Origin: a virus | Taxonomy: Duplodnaviria > Caudoviricetes | Strand: one strand, 5' to 3' | Length of the DNA stretch: 64,000 nucleotides | Virus record (IMG/VR): IMGVR_UViG_3300029288_000077 | Coordinates: 96,001-160,000 of that record | Shown here: positions 18,819-29,764 of the stretch, piece by piece | Position numbering within the stretch: position 1 is the stretch's first letter | How the letters are laid out: each line of letters begins with the position of its first letter | The notes under the pieces: model-generated | Databases searched by the model: none | What the model saw: the letters and a program-made list of their open reading frames with translations, nothing else | Told to the model about the DNA's origin: nothing | Program-made: the position numbers and the translations under genes

Positions 18819-21041
18819 ATGGCTGGCGACGTATTTACCGTAGACACAAAAGCCTTTGCGCAGGCTAATGAATCCCTGAAATCTATGCAGGGTAGTACCG
18901 AGAAGGTACGCAAAGGTATGGGTGATGTAGTAAGTGCTCTGCAGCTACTTTCTAAGACACAACAAGAAATAAGCAAGTCAGCCATAGTAGACCCCAACGC
19001 AAGTAAGGTGGTGGCAGATTTACGCAAGCAGCTTGAAGCTGTGGGGGTACAGGCCAGAACTATAGCAATAGCATCTAACAAAGAAGTAATCAATTACCGG
19101 CAGTTGGGCATAATGGACAAGCTTAGGGTCATGATGCTGTCTGCGCAGTCTGACAAAAAGAAGCGGATGGTAATGTATGGCGGCCAGATGATAGAACTGG
19201 CTGCTAAAGAAAATTCATTATTAAAAGCGTCTGCTAGTTTGTGGAATAAGAGCAAGCAAAGCATAACTGGTGCTGTTCGTGGTGTTACAAGTTATGCCAC
19301 GTCTATGACAGGAGTAACGCTTTCTCTTACTGGTATAATAGCACTTTTGTTGGATATATACAACAAGAGTAACCGTATTGGTGCTATGAGCAGACAAATT
19401 ACAGCGCAGTGGGGCTCTACCAACACAGGCATGAAAACAGCCTCGCGTGCTATGGCAGACCTTAGAAGCAGTTTCTACATGACTGTTGATGCTGCAGGTA
19501 ATATAGCTACATCCATAGCCAGGTCCGGTTTTGAAGAGAAAAACCTGGCCACTATAGCTAAAGACGCTGCTGCCATAGAACTGCAACATGGCATAGCTGT
19601 ACAGGATCATGCACAGCAGGTTAAAAACTTGGCCACCAGTTATGGCATGACTGCCGATTCTTCCTCCATGCTGCTGCACTTTGTGCGCGAAACCAGCAAA
19701 ACGGTGCCTTACCTCAGCATGCAGGAAGTAAGTCAAGACATGGCTGAGTTGATACACTCTACTCGCGCATTCAACAGTGACCTGCTCGGCACCATTTCTA
19801 TGTACAATACTTTAGCAAGACAGGACATAGCCGAGAAACTTGGATTAGGGAAGATGCCTATTGACATGCGCCGCGACATGATAAAAACTGCCGCCGCATT
19901 TTCCCAGAACTTGAATAAGGGGTTGCAGGCAACACTTGGTGAAGGAAGGACAGCGGCAGAACGTATACTGAGTTTCCGCAAGATGGAAACGCCTGAGCAA
20001 TTCTCAAAGATGGCTGGGTTTATTACTAAGAGTACTGCTGGATTTAAAGGTGCCGAAAAAGAACTTGCTACTATGCAATTGCTGGAGGAGTTTGGGTTCA
20101 ACCAGGATGAAATGAACGCTACTTTAGCAGAAGCTTTTGCTGGTGGTGGGTTTGAGCCAGAAAATTTGCAGGCAGTGATGGATGAAATAGCTGCCTCACG
20201 CAAGGTAGCTGAAGACGCTCAAAAGAACGAAAAAACTGCTCGTGCTAAATTGTACAAGGATGCCGGTCGCATAGCATATGGTTTGGAAAGTCTTGAAGAT
20301 AAACTGAAGAGAGCCATCGAAAATTCGATGTTGGGTGCTGCTGGATGGAAAGACATACAAGCAAACTTGGAAAAGATAGCTTCGTGGGCTCTTGAGAACA
20401 TACCGAAGTTGTTTAGAGATGCTGTAGACTTGCTGTCAAACATACTTGATGTGTTGGATTTTGATAAGCACGACAAGAACATCGCAGAAGGAAAAAAGAC
20501 TATCGCAGGAACGATGGTATCTGAAGGTTTTGGTGCAACAGCAAAACAAGCACTTGGGCAATTCAAGCGCATTGAAACTCAATTGGTTGGTATTGGTCCA
20601 AAAGGCCCTGTAGCCATGACAAATTTGCAATCATTGATACAGGACATTAGACTTGATCCTAAGTCTGTAGAAGATATGGCTAATTCTTTGAAAGATGTGA
20701 TTCCAGAAATTGCCAGGATGCGTATTGGTGAAAAACGCGGACTTATTACAAATGTGGCCCTTTCACAGCTTGCTACCACTGGAGTTGGAAGCCACGCACA
20801 AGAACTTGGCGTACCACAAGCAAGTGAATTGGAGACGTTTGTAATAGCTTTGGCCAGGGGTGAAATGGCCACTGCCAACAAGATTCTGCGAGCGCAGCTC
20901 AGAGAAAAAGCAAACATCAGAGAACAAGTTACACAATTGCGCAGTGCTTATGCTAAACATCAAAGTGGTATGAACTTCTGGACAACCAGTCCAACAGAAG
21001 CCGCTGAGTTAGCGGTGGCTGAATTTAAAGGTAAAATGTAA
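18819..21041 (+). CDS. Tape measure protein
   Basis: 740 aa, A/K/S-rich and helical, canonical position. Confidence 0.8.
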   Translation: MAGDVFTVDTKAFAQANESLKSMQGSTEKVRKGMGDVVSALQLLSKTQQEISKSAIVDPNASKVVADLRKQLEAVGVQARTIAIASNKEVINYRQLGIMDKLRVMMLSAQSDKKKRMVMYGGQMIELAAKENSLLKASASLWNKSKQSITGAVRGVTSYATSMTGVTLSLTGIIALLLDIYNKSNRIGAMSRQITAQWGSTNTGMKTASRAMADLRSSFYMTVDAAGNIATSIARSGFEEKNLATIAKDAAAIELQHGIAVQDHAQQVKNLATSYGMTADSSSMLLHFVRETSKTVPYLSMQEVSQDMAELIHSTRAFNSDLLGTISMYNTLARQDIAEKLGLGKMPIDMRRDMIKTAAAFSQNLNKGLQATLGEGRTAAERILSFRKMETPEQFSKMAGFITKSTAGFKGAEKELATMQLLEEFGFNQDEMNATLAEAFAGGGFEPENLQAVMDEIAASRKVAEDAQKNEKTARAKLYKDAGRIAYGLESLEDKLKRAIENSMLGAAGWKDIQANLEKIASWALENIPKLFRDAVDLLSNILDVLDFDKHDKNIAEGKKTIAGTMVSEGFGATAKQALGQFKRIETQLVGIGPKGPVAMTNLQSLIQDIRLDPKSVEDMANSLKDVIPEIARMRIGEKRGLITNVALSQLATTGVGSHAQELGVPQASELETFVIALARGEMATANKILRAQLREKANIREQVTQLRSAYAKHQSGMNFWTTSPTEAAELAVAEFKGKM

Positions 21042-21043
21042 AT

Positions 21044-21754
21044 ATGGCTATAATAGATTCATTGGCTGATTTTGCTCCGTCCGTAAACCAGGAGCGCCTT
21101 ACTTTTAGGCGTTTTGATGGGTTGGAACTGGCCAAAGCTGCAGAAAAAGGTACAGTCATCAGTCCTAAGTATGTCACTACAGTAACCTTATTAATAAACC
21201 CTACTGAGTTGTCCTGGAGTAGCACAAAGCTCACCAACAAAGTGCCCTCAAACTCTCCTGGCAGATTTATTGTGTTTAATTGGGGGAACGATTTAGATAT
21301 GTTAAACATATCTGGTACCACAGGTAACATGGATCCTGCCACTTCCGTTGCTAATACCCCTGATCAATTGGCCAGTTTCGTGAATGGTCTGTCGGGTCAA
21401 GTTGTTGAAGGATTTCATTCACCAGAAGTGCATAAAGCAGAAGTACTAACGCTCAAAACATTAATAAAATCTTTTAACTATTTTCAGTTACTAGATATGT
21501 CCCCGAAGTATAGGACCTTTAAGAAGTTGCAAGAAATGTACAAAATATCTGATCCAGATTCAGATGTGGTTACGTTAGAGATGTGTGAACAAATTTATCG
21601 CGGGTACTTTTCAGAATTCCGTTTTCAAGTACAAGAGCGCATGCCTTGGGTGTGGACTTACAACATGAGCTTTATCATATTACAGGACTTGGCTTTGTTC
21701 GATCCTAAACAGGATGGAACCTTTCCAACAGGTGCTGATATTCGTACTAAGTGA
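21044..21754 (+). CDS. Tail tube initiator/baseplate protein
   Basis: LLINP..L...WG.....I.G.TG...YRGYF..F......PW...Y...F. Confidence 0.65.
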   Translation: MAIIDSLADFAPSVNQERLTFRRFDGLELAKAAEKGTVISPKYVTTVTLLINPTELSWSSTKLTNKVPSNSPGRFIVFNWGNDLDMLNISGTTGNMDPATSVANTPDQLASFVNGLSGQVVEGFHSPEVHKAEVLTLKTLIKSFNYFQLLDMSPKYRTFKKLQEMYKISDPDSDVVTLEMCEQIYRGYFSEFRFQVQERMPWVWTYNMSFIILQDLALFDPKQDGTFPTGADIRTK

Positions 21755-21766
21755 GCAAATCACAGA

Positions 21767-23851
21767 ATGTCTAATGCTCAAGCACTCTCAGGTCTTATCC
21801 TGCAGGCACTGTATTCAGGGAAACTGAAACACGGCTTTGGTGACTCTGAAGATAGAAGGATAGTTAATCATCCTAGAGTAATATACGGTCTGTCATCATC
21901 GGATCCTGAAATACCATATGTTATACCCAACGAAGCGTTTACACCTCGATTTTGTGTGTCGTTCGATTTTACCCACACGTTTACCACTGCTGGCATAGGA
22001 TTTAAAAGGCCGGTTTCTGAAGATACGTTGTATCGGGTTGGTTCTGATCTGTCTCGGTTTTTTAGATACTATTTTGAGTATGTATTGTCATACGGAAAAT
22101 CAAACAAAAAATCGGCAGAAAGTAGATTGGTAGACTGGAGCATAGGTGTTTATGAAGATGATTTAAATTTGTTTGTTAACTGGATGATTAATTTATTTAT
22201 ATCTAGTGTAACCACAAACTCCGCCATTCATCAAATTGGTAGTGCTGTTATTGAAATAAATGACAACAACACGTATAAATACAATAACAGGAACAGGCTG
22301 TTTTATGACACATCATTTAGTATACTGAGCCAATTGTTTGTCCCAATGGTGCCAGTAATGATTTGGGCCAAGGGCAGACTGTACCCCAATTACTGGTTCC
22401 CCATTTTCGATGGGTTTATCACTGCTCCCAACATAGCTACGCGTGGCGGCTTTCAATCCATTACACTGAACTGCAAAGATTCTCTTGAAATCGCCAGGAT
22501 TAGCACTGAGATGGTAAATCCATCCATTTTGCAAATAGAAGAAGTAAAAACACAACAAAGCATAAACATTTTCAACATGCCATTCTATGGGTTAGATCAT
22601 TTTGACATTTTTCTGACCATGTTTCATGGCGGGAAGCTGGTATATCACGCTGAAAAAAACAGGCTGGTGCCGTCAGACCCGGAATTTCACAATACTAGTG
22701 CTACCAACTTTTCTGCTCTTTTAGGCTTCAACCGCATAGACGATTATCAATCACGCCTAAAGCCACATGAGATAGCACAGACAAAGTATGCTATTCACAG
22801 AGATGATTTTAGCCTGAAAAAGGCCATAAAGCAAACTTCGTACACAGAAAGAAAACGCAACACCGTTATGTGGGGCAACAAAATTACTCCATACCGCATT
22901 TTGAATTATGCGGCCCCTAAGGTATATGAGGCCGAATTTTCTTCAAGACTTGAGGTTATGCAAAACGTAGCACAGATGACCTATTATGATTTGTACGTGA
23001 ATGGGTACGGCGATGTGTGTTACCACCCCATGAGACTGTCCAATGAATTCCTGAGGAACGAGGCCATTTACAAGTCCGGTGATCAAAACGCCGAAGAGTT
23101 CAAACAAGCATTTCCAGGTGTAAATATAATTGGACCACACGAGTGTACGTCTACTAACGAGCTGCTGAATATCGACGAGCTGACTACATTCTTGCGGCTT
23201 ACCGGCAAACATCCATTCTTTTCTAGTGAAGTAGCTGAGACGCTGTTACTGACAGGATCTGCTGTAGATGAGAATCTGTGGAACCGGTTTGGGTACAGAA
23301 GAAAATCTCTTACTAACCCATTGTTTAACATAAACGTCGAACTATTCACAAAGAACGGTAAAAAAGTTCGTTTTATGGACATGGCTGCTCGTATTTTAAT
23401 GAGCTTCATGAATGCAGAACTTCATACCCTATCATATAGTATGATTTTTAGACCTGAAATGCGGTTGGCATTTCCAGTATTGAACCCCTACACTTCAGAT
23501 GTATTTTACTGTCAATCGCTGTCACACAACATTACTGTAAACGGTGAAGCTACCACCACAATCAACGGTGGGTATGCACGCAAAGAGCGTGAAAGTCCAT
23601 CAGACTTATTTAGCTTCCTGGTGATGTCGCAGAGACTGTTTGACTTGAACGGGAAACTTCCTGTACCACCAGCCTCATTCAACGCAGAAAGTGTAAAAGA
23701 GTATTATGAATCAAACTTTGGAATTAGCAGCATGCAATTTATTAGTTGGCTAGATGAAATGGTGAATCAACAGGAGAAGTTTGAAGAATATGAAAGACAA
23801 AAATCGCGAGAAAGGTCGGTTGATGTGAACGCACAAGAGGTGATAGCATAA
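21767..23851 (+). CDS. Baseplate hub protein
   Basis: FDGFI..., YVNGYGD, FRPEMR..FP, Y..SLSH.I; position in the operon. Confidence 0.6.
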   Translation: MSNAQALSGLILQALYSGKLKHGFGDSEDRRIVNHPRVIYGLSSSDPEIPYVIPNEAFTPRFCVSFDFTHTFTTAGIGFKRPVSEDTLYRVGSDLSRFFRYYFEYVLSYGKSNKKSAESRLVDWSIGVYEDDLNLFVNWMINLFISSVTTNSAIHQIGSAVIEINDNNTYKYNNRNRLFYDTSFSILSQLFVPMVPVMIWAKGRLYPNYWFPIFDGFITAPNIATRGGFQSITLNCKDSLEIARISTEMVNPSILQIEEVKTQQSINIFNMPFYGLDHFDIFLTMFHGGKLVYHAEKNRLVPSDPEFHNTSATNFSALLGFNRIDDYQSRLKPHEIAQTKYAIHRDDFSLKKAIKQTSYTERKRNTVMWGNKITPYRILNYAAPKVYEAEFSSRLEVMQNVAQMTYYDLYVNGYGDVCYHPMRLSNEFLRNEAIYKSGDQNAEEFKQAFPGVNIIGPHECTSTNELLNIDELTTFLRLTGKHPFFSSEVAETLLLTGSAVDENLWNRFGYRRKSLTNPLFNINVELFTKNGKKVRFMDMAARILMSFMNAELHTLSYSMIFRPEMRLAFPVLNPYTSDVFYCQSLSHNITVNGEATTTINGGYARKERESPSDLFSFLVMSQRLFDLNGKLPVPPASFNAESVKEYYESNFGISSMQFISWLDEMVNQQEKFEEYERQKSRERSVDVNAQEVIA

Positions 23852-24913
23852 ATGGCAATGTCTACGCAGAGGATTGTGTGTCCCGCAATAGTACTGGCGG
23901 TTCACCCAGAAGATAGACTTGTGGACGTGAAGTGGGCAGATGCCGAAGGTGGCAGAAAAGGCGTAGTGATGATTAATGACATGGGGTCTTACTCCATGCC
24001 AAACATAGGAGACTCTGTTCTGGTGCTTGGTACTGGTGTAGATTATTTTTGTGTAGGTAAAATAGAATACGGATACAAAGCCAAACTTAACGGAAAGCAG
24101 CGCGTGCAGGGATCTAGCACGCCTCTGAAGTATAAAAATGTTGGTCCGGGAGAAATCATAATCAACCACATACGCAAACTGTCATGGCTAAAACTTGCTA
24201 ATAGCGGCGACTTTTCGCTAATGAATGGATTCATTGAAGGATTTAAATATCTAAGAAGCATAAGAACAGCCCGCGTATTGGGTCGTACCATAGAACTAGT
24301 AGCTAATGGTGTTAAGATTGGGGCAGGTACGGTTATTAGAAATATACCAGGAAAAGGCGAACAGCCGATTACCGGGGAGTCTGGCGGAAAAGCTCTAGAA
24401 TACTACATACAGATAGCATATAACAGCATACAGTCAGTGCGTTTTCATTTGGGTGAGATTCGTGATATGACTTTGGGGGTAGTGCCGGAAGTAAGTTCAC
24501 TTGGTGGTAGAGTAAAAGCACTATTGGAGGTTACACAGGCCGCAGTAAGAATGGGATTCTTGGTTATTGATGAAGCTGGTAATGTCGAGCTGACATCAAA
24601 AGTGGCTACGACTGTGGTAGGTGGGACAGAGGTAAAACTTGGTGGTGTGGCTGCACAGGAGCCAGTAATAAAAGGACAGTCTTATTCTACTGCGGAAATA
24701 AATTTTTTGTCGAAGATGACTTCGTTTGTAACTGCGCTGCAGGCTTACATAACTGCTTGTTCTACAGAAAAGACAACGGCCCCCACACTGTTAACTGAAA
24801 CTGCTGCTAGTGCCGTTGCGTTTATGCCACTTATAGCTGAATTTCTGTCTGCTATTTCAGAATTCAACGGAAAGATAACACCGGCACTGTCTGCTGTAGT
24901 AAAAACTACTTGA
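23852..24913 (+). CDS. Baseplate central spike (gpV/gp5-like)
   Basis: N-terminal OB-like MPNIGDSVLV; C-terminal VKLGG...EPVIKG...LS.VVKT. Confidence 0.65.
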   Translation: MAMSTQRIVCPAIVLAVHPEDRLVDVKWADAEGGRKGVVMINDMGSYSMPNIGDSVLVLGTGVDYFCVGKIEYGYKAKLNGKQRVQGSSTPLKYKNVGPGEIIINHIRKLSWLKLANSGDFSLMNGFIEGFKYLRSIRTARVLGRTIELVANGVKIGAGTVIRNIPGKGEQPITGESGGKALEYYIQIAYNSIQSVRFHLGEIRDMTLGVVPEVSSLGGRVKALLEVTQAAVRMGFLVIDEAGNVELTSKVATTVVGGTEVKLGGVAAQEPVIKGQSYSTAEINFLSKMTSFVTALQAYITACSTEKTTAPTLLTETAASAVAFMPLIAEFLSAISEFNGKITPALSAVVKTT

Positions 24914-25829
24914 TTGCAGACATTTTACTAACTACAAAATTTACTACTTCTGGAGATACTTCCATCTTTGTGCCTGCGGCTTGTCTGTGACCGCCACCAC
25001 CAAATTTATTAGCGATTTCTGATACATCTACATCACTTTTTTCAGTATATAGTGAAACCCTGTTTTCATCTGCGTTTACTATTATTACATAGTCTATTTC
25101 ATTGTGACTTTTCAGAAATTTGTGACCGGTTTCTGGTTGATACTGTGTTGCTAATATTACTGAATATCTGTGCCCGTTAGGATCACAAAAAACTGTAATT
25201 GGCGAATTCTTTTCTACTGTTCTGGTTATTTGTTCGTTCCTTCTTTCTCTGGTTGCTTCTATAATCTCTTTCATTTTCTCTAGATCTGCATTAATGTTGA
25301 TGTACATGTGTTTTACAAAAGAGTTAAACCCGAGTACCTGCAACAAATCATTTAATCCTTCTCCCCTAAATCTGTGATGTGACGATAATTTCCACATGTC
25401 ATAGGCATCAATTGCCTTTGAAAATATGTATTTGCTGTCTGACTCATTTATTTTTGCGTCATCGTTCTGAATTTTCATGCAAAAATTGTAAACAAGGGAT
25501 GTTGCACACCTATTTGGATTAAAAGACGACCCAAAATCATACTTTGAAAGCCACTTCTTTGTTTTGTGGTGATCTATAATCAATACCTGGTTTTTGTATT
25601 TGTGTGCATTTATTTGATCGCATACTTCAATAGATGGGCAAATGTCGGTAATCATAAGCAGAGTAGAATCGTCTAACTGCTCCAGGGCCTGCAATACATG
25701 CTTGTCTATCTTTTCGTATCCACACTGTTGGTATCTTGTTACGTTAAAAAATAATTTCAGCAATATCAAACACCCGGCACCGTCTAAATCTGAGTGTGTT
25801 ATTGCTATTACTTGTTTTTCGTTGTCCAT
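24906..25829 (-). CDS. DHH/DHHA1 phosphoesterase (nanoRNase NrnB-like)
   Basis: THSDLDG, ITD, IDHH, GGGGH.QAAG. GGAGGA RBS precedes ATG 25829. Confidence 0.9.
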   Translation of the reverse strand: MDNEKQVIAITHSDLDGAGCLILLKLFFNVTRYQQCGYEKIDKHVLQALEQLDDSTLLMITDICPSIEVCDQINAHKYKNQVLIIDHHKTKKWLSKYDFGSSFNPNRCATSLVYNFCMKIQNDDAKINESDSKYIFSKAIDAYDMWKLSSHHRFRGEGLNDLLQVLGFNSFVKHMYININADLEKMKEIIEATRERRNEQITRTVEKNSPITVFCDPNGHRYSVILATQYQPETGHKFLKSHNEIDYVIIVNADENRVSLYTEKSDVDVSEIANKFGGGGHRQAAGTKMEVSPEVVNFVVSKMSAIK

Positions 25830-25929
25830 GTGTTCCTCCATTACCTTGCCAGAAGTGGTACCGTATAGGACACGGTAGTCAACACAAGAATTTATTTTGG
25901 AGAGCGGCATGATTGTAAAATGGTATGCA

Positions 25930-26394
25930 ATGGCTTTTGCTGACATAGAGAATAAGGAGTGTTTGTGTGCGTGGTTGGCTGGATTGGGTGAACCACCAAA
26001 GCAGCAGCTAAAAACCTTGATTCAGGTTGCAAATGGGCTTATTCAAACGGCTAAGGCTGTATACATACTCATAAACACTGATTTTGAAGATCTGTTGAAA
26101 AAAGAGGCTTTAGAGAAGTTACTTGAAGTATATAAATTAGCCACAAAACCGCTAGAGATGCCGTTAAATTATTTGTCGGCGGTGACTGCCCCTGCGGCTG
26201 ATTGTCCACCAGTAGCACAAATTGCCGCCACTATGTATGATCTGAAAAATACTTTATTGGCACCAGTAAAAGATTTGGAAGAAGAAATAGAAGCATATAT
26301 TAGTTCCATAGAACAGTCACAGGCGAATTCTGAGTTTTTAGATATGTTGTCTAGTGTATTGGATGACATAAGCCAAGCTATAAATGAGTGTTGA
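25930..26394 (+). CDS. Helical hypothetical protein, probably baseplate-associated
   Basis: In the late operon; likely start MAFADIE. Confidence 0.5.
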   Translation: MAFADIENKECLCAWLAGLGEPPKQQLKTLIQVANGLIQTAKAVYILINTDFEDLLKKEALEKLLEVYKLATKPLEMPLNYLSAVTAPAADCPPVAQIAATMYDLKNTLLAPVKDLEEEIEAYISSIEQSQANSEFLDMLSSVLDDISQAINEC

Positions 26395-27127
26395 CATGGT
26401 AGATTATCAATCTGACCTAAAAGTGATACTTCCGGATGGCACTCGCTTCAGAAGTTCCATAGCCCTATCCCCCTCTGGTGACATACAACTTGTTACTGGC
26501 AGGGAAAAACTGATATCACAGCTCGTGTTTGCTATACTGAATGAAAATACGTTTCCTGAAGGGGTTGCAAATTCTAAGTCTAATGCACTAGGTGATTTGA
26601 AAACCGCACTGAATGTTATATTGAGAAGATTCAAGCAAAACCAAATAGCGTATGTGCAACAGTACGCTGATTCTGATTTTTTGGGTTTTGGTATTTACAG
26701 AAAAGAGGCTGGCGCTGATACAGATTATGCTAGAATTTCTAACCAAGCAGTAACTTGGAATTTTGAAGACACAGATGTATACAACGAAAAGGAGTATTTA
26801 TACGGAATCTCCAAATTATATAAAGGTATGCTAGAATCCAAGTATGTTGATGTATTTAGAATTGCTCCTACCTCTAACACTGAAAATGTTACTGTGTTGT
26901 CTGGTAGATATGCTGCCATTGTAAACGGCAATAAATCTGTGTCCATCTATGTTGACTACAATAAGACATTTAAAGCGTCAGAACTATTGCAAAACATAAT
27001 CAGAATACAGGCCACTTTAGTAAAGACAGACCCCAGAAGGGTGTTAATTGATTTGGTAATAGAGAATTACTTAGGTGAGCAAGTGTCGCTGTCTTCATAT
27101 GGCGCTGCTAATGCGTACGGTGCATAA
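26384..27127 (+). CDS. Baseplate wedge subunit (gp25-like) with insertion
   Basis: GDIQLVTG.EKL.Q...ELLQ.I..I......DPR.V.I; precedes baseplate J. Confidence 0.6.
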   Translation: MSVDMVDYQSDLKVILPDGTRFRSSIALSPSGDIQLVTGREKLISQLVFAILNENTFPEGVANSKSNALGDLKTALNVILRRFKQNQIAYVQQYADSDFLGFGIYRKEAGADTDYARISNQAVTWNFEDTDVYNEKEYLYGISKLYKGMLESKYVDVFRIAPTSNTENVTVLSGRYAAIVNGNKSVSIYVDYNKTFKASELLQNIIRIQATLVKTDPRRVLIDLVIENYLGEQVSLSSYGAANAYGA

Positions 27128-27130
27128 ATA

Positions 27131-28549
27131 ATGGCTGCTATAAAATCAATACAAACTATGTTCGCAGAATTGAAGACCTATTTAAGAGCCAGATCTAAGT
27201 ATTTAGATTTGAGCGACAACAGCCTATTGAATGAGCTAATATTGAAGTCTTTTTCTGTCGGTGGAAAACTTATTATGGATCAAGTAAACAAATTCAAAAA
27301 TTTGCACATACTGTCCTTGACTACCGGATCTGATTTAGAAGACGAAGCTGGCAATTATTTATTGGAAAAGTTAAGCGGCAACTATGCAAAAGTGATACTG
27401 ACATTATGGACCAACACCAAGCCCACGAGCAATGTAGTAATACCGATAAGTACTCAGGCAAAAACCAGTGGCACAGCGTTTGTATCACCAGTAACCTTTT
27501 CAACACTTAGCGAATTGAACGTACCTGTTAGTGCTGTAGACTCGTATTTCTCATTCGACAGAAACAGGTATGAATTCAACGTGTTGGCGCAGTGTGATAG
27601 TATAGGCAGTGTGGGTATTGTTGGTTCGAACCTTGTAAATGAACTCATTACTTCGGTTTCTCAGATTGACAGTGTTACAAACCTGCGCGCTTCATACGGG
27701 AACAATCTAGATTCAGAGTCGGATTCTGGCTTGCAAGAGAGAATTCGTCTTGCCCGTGTGGGTAGAAACAAAAACGTGTTGAACGGCATCAAGAAAACGA
27801 TGAAGGATCTTGGATTTTTTGATGCTAATGTGGTGCGTCCTGGAGACACGTATTCAGAAAAAGCTACCGGAATTGACACTTTTGTGGTCGATACCTCCTC
27901 TGAAAAAGCTGAAGACGTGTTTGTATATGATCCATCGAATGTAAGATATTATTTTACCCACAGACCAATTTTGGAAGTAACTTCTGTAGTGTCCGAAATA
28001 AACGGCGCACTGGTAGCATCACAGTACAGTGTTACTATAGACTCAGACTCCCCTGTGAGAAGGAGCGTTGATGCGTTAGATTATATTGAGTTTTTGCCGC
28101 CTGTGTCGTTGGTTCCTGGATCTAGAATTACCGTCGTCTATAACTACGCCTCTGCAATAAAAAATGCACAAGATATAATAAATTTAGATAATAGCAAAGT
28201 TTTGACCTCTAATGTGTTGGTAAAAAGAGCGTACCCTTTATATCTATATCTGAATGCACAATTGACCTTGAAGGCAAATGCAGATGGGCCTACCACAAGA
28301 AACAAGTGTAAAAATGCATTAGCTCAGTTTATGTCTACGTACATACTTGGGCAGCCATTGCAAGAGAGTGATTTGATAGTAACCTTGCAATTGGGGTACG
28401 GAGATTATCCAATTGATACTGTAGACGCTGTTAGGATAAGTCAATTCTATTTACAAGATGAATATGGCAATAACTACCCATCAGTAAATGGTGTAATATC
28501 TTTGAACAAAAAGCAGCATGCAGTATACGGGTCTACTTCTATAGTGTAG
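27131..28549 (+). CDS. Baseplate J/gp47-like protein
   Basis: DLE.EA.NY, V.AQC..G..G, VTN......ESD..LQERI. Confidence 0.85.
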   Translation: MAAIKSIQTMFAELKTYLRARSKYLDLSDNSLLNELILKSFSVGGKLIMDQVNKFKNLHILSLTTGSDLEDEAGNYLLEKLSGNYAKVILTLWTNTKPTSNVVIPISTQAKTSGTAFVSPVTFSTLSELNVPVSAVDSYFSFDRNRYEFNVLAQCDSIGSVGIVGSNLVNELITSVSQIDSVTNLRASYGNNLDSESDSGLQERIRLARVGRNKNVLNGIKKTMKDLGFFDANVVRPGDTYSEKATGIDTFVVDTSSEKAEDVFVYDPSNVRYYFTHRPILEVTSVVSEINGALVASQYSVTIDSDSPVRRSVDALDYIEFLPPVSLVPGSRITVVYNYASAIKNAQDIINLDNSKVLTSNVLVKRAYPLYLYLNAQLTLKANADGPTTRNKCKNALAQFMSTYILGQPLQESDLIVTLQLGYGDYPIDTVDAVRISQFYLQDEYGNNYPSVNGVISLNKKQHAVYGSTSIV

Positions 28550-28555
28550 GTATAT

Positions 28556-29149
28556 ATGAATATCTGGTGGTGCTCACCTAACGGAAACAACGTCTTTGGC
28601 GTTGGAAGCAGGGAAAACCCGTTCCAAACCATCGAAAAAGCCTTGTCTGTGTTTCAAGATGGAGATCAGATTAGACTGCTACCAGGAACGTTTACTCCTA
28701 CAGACAGTGTGTTGATTAGTGGTAAAAGTGGATCTATATTTGCAGATGTACCAAAAGCTAGCTTTATACAGCCGCAAAAGACACTCAATCACCGGGCTGG
28801 GATAGCTGTAATAGATGCAGAAAGGTTTACTATAGCTGGCATAGTATTGTTACAAGCTTCTGACTCTAGCGGCAATTTGATGGGTATTTATGTTAATAAT
28901 ATAGAGAAATTTCTGTGTCTAACCTGCGATGTAAAGAATTTCACAGTTCCGTCTGGAGATGCTATTGGAATTTTTGCGTCTGGTGGTGGACGAGTAGAAA
29001 ACTGTACAGTAAGTAACTTGAACGGCGCAGGAAACAAAACTATTGGAATTTGGACTATAGGTATAGTGCCAATAGATTGTCACACAGAGGAATCTTCCGG
29101 TGTGAATTACTTCCGTGGGATGCTGATAGAGGGGTTAAATTATCCTTGA
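28556..29149 (+). CDS. Short beta-helix (DUF1565-like) protein
   Basis: GSRENPFQTIEKAL.....GD.I.LLPGT. Confidence 0.7.
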   Translation: MNIWWCSPNGNNVFGVGSRENPFQTIEKALSVFQDGDQIRLLPGTFTPTDSVLISGKSGSIFADVPKASFIQPQKTLNHRAGIAVIDAERFTIAGIVLLQASDSSGNLMGIYVNNIEKFLCLTCDVKNFTVPSGDAIGIFASGGGRVENCTVSNLNGAGNKTIGIWTIGIVPIDCHTEESSGVNYFRGMLIEGLNYP

Positions 29150-29760
29150 TAACTGCTTCTTTAATACGTGGTAATGGTTATTTGCCAGGAAATGCCTCTG
29201 TTGGTGGAGTGGTGTTCTTTAGCTTGACCGATAGCAACCCACAGAACGTGCTGTGGAATCTAGAAAGTGCACCTAATGGATCTGTGGCCAGACTTTTTAA
29301 TACGAACGGTGCAACCACCAAGTTGTTGGACATAGATAAATATGGCGTATACTTTGTAAAGGCAAAATTGTTTGTTGGTACCCCAACAGAAAAAGAGTAT
29401 TCCTATTCAGTATCGGTACCTCAAACTGTACACAACGTAATCCCCCCGGAACCGGTGTTTGAGGCAAGTGACCGGGTTAGAAACTTCAATTTTGAATTGC
29501 CCGGTGAATTTTTTGGGGAGGCACACTACTGGAATACAGAAGATGACAACGGCATTTTGTTTGGCGGGGGAGGTGCGACCCGTGGTAGAATTGAGCATCC
29601 TATTGGCTACGATAAAGATACTGGATTTATATTTTGTTTGGGGGATGATTTGAATGAGGAGTCTGTGTTCTACAGAGACACACTATTTTCGATATCGCAA
29701 GTTGTAGATTTTAGCAATATTGAAACACTAGAAATAGCATTGAAGTTTAGAAAAGGATAA
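29146..29760 (+). CDS. PKD/Ig-like + jelly-roll virion protein
   Basis: WNLESAPNGS...D..G.Y and N.NFE.P motifs; likely TTG start overlapping the upstream TGA. Confidence 0.5.
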   Translation: MITASLIRGNGYLPGNASVGGVVFFSLTDSNPQNVLWNLESAPNGSVARLFNTNGATTKLLDIDKYGVYFVKAKLFVGTPTEKEYSYSVSVPQTVHNVIPPEPVFEASDRVRNFNFELPGEFFGEAHYWNTEDDNGILFGGGGATRGRIEHPIGYDKDTGFIFCLGDDLNEESVFYRDTLFSISQVVDFSNIETLEIALKFRKG

Positions 29761-29764
29761 TACT

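Noticed and set aside
25830-25946. Longer DHH start at 25946
   Set aside because: Would overlap the divergent gene; ATG 25829 has a GGAGGA RBS just before the first motif.
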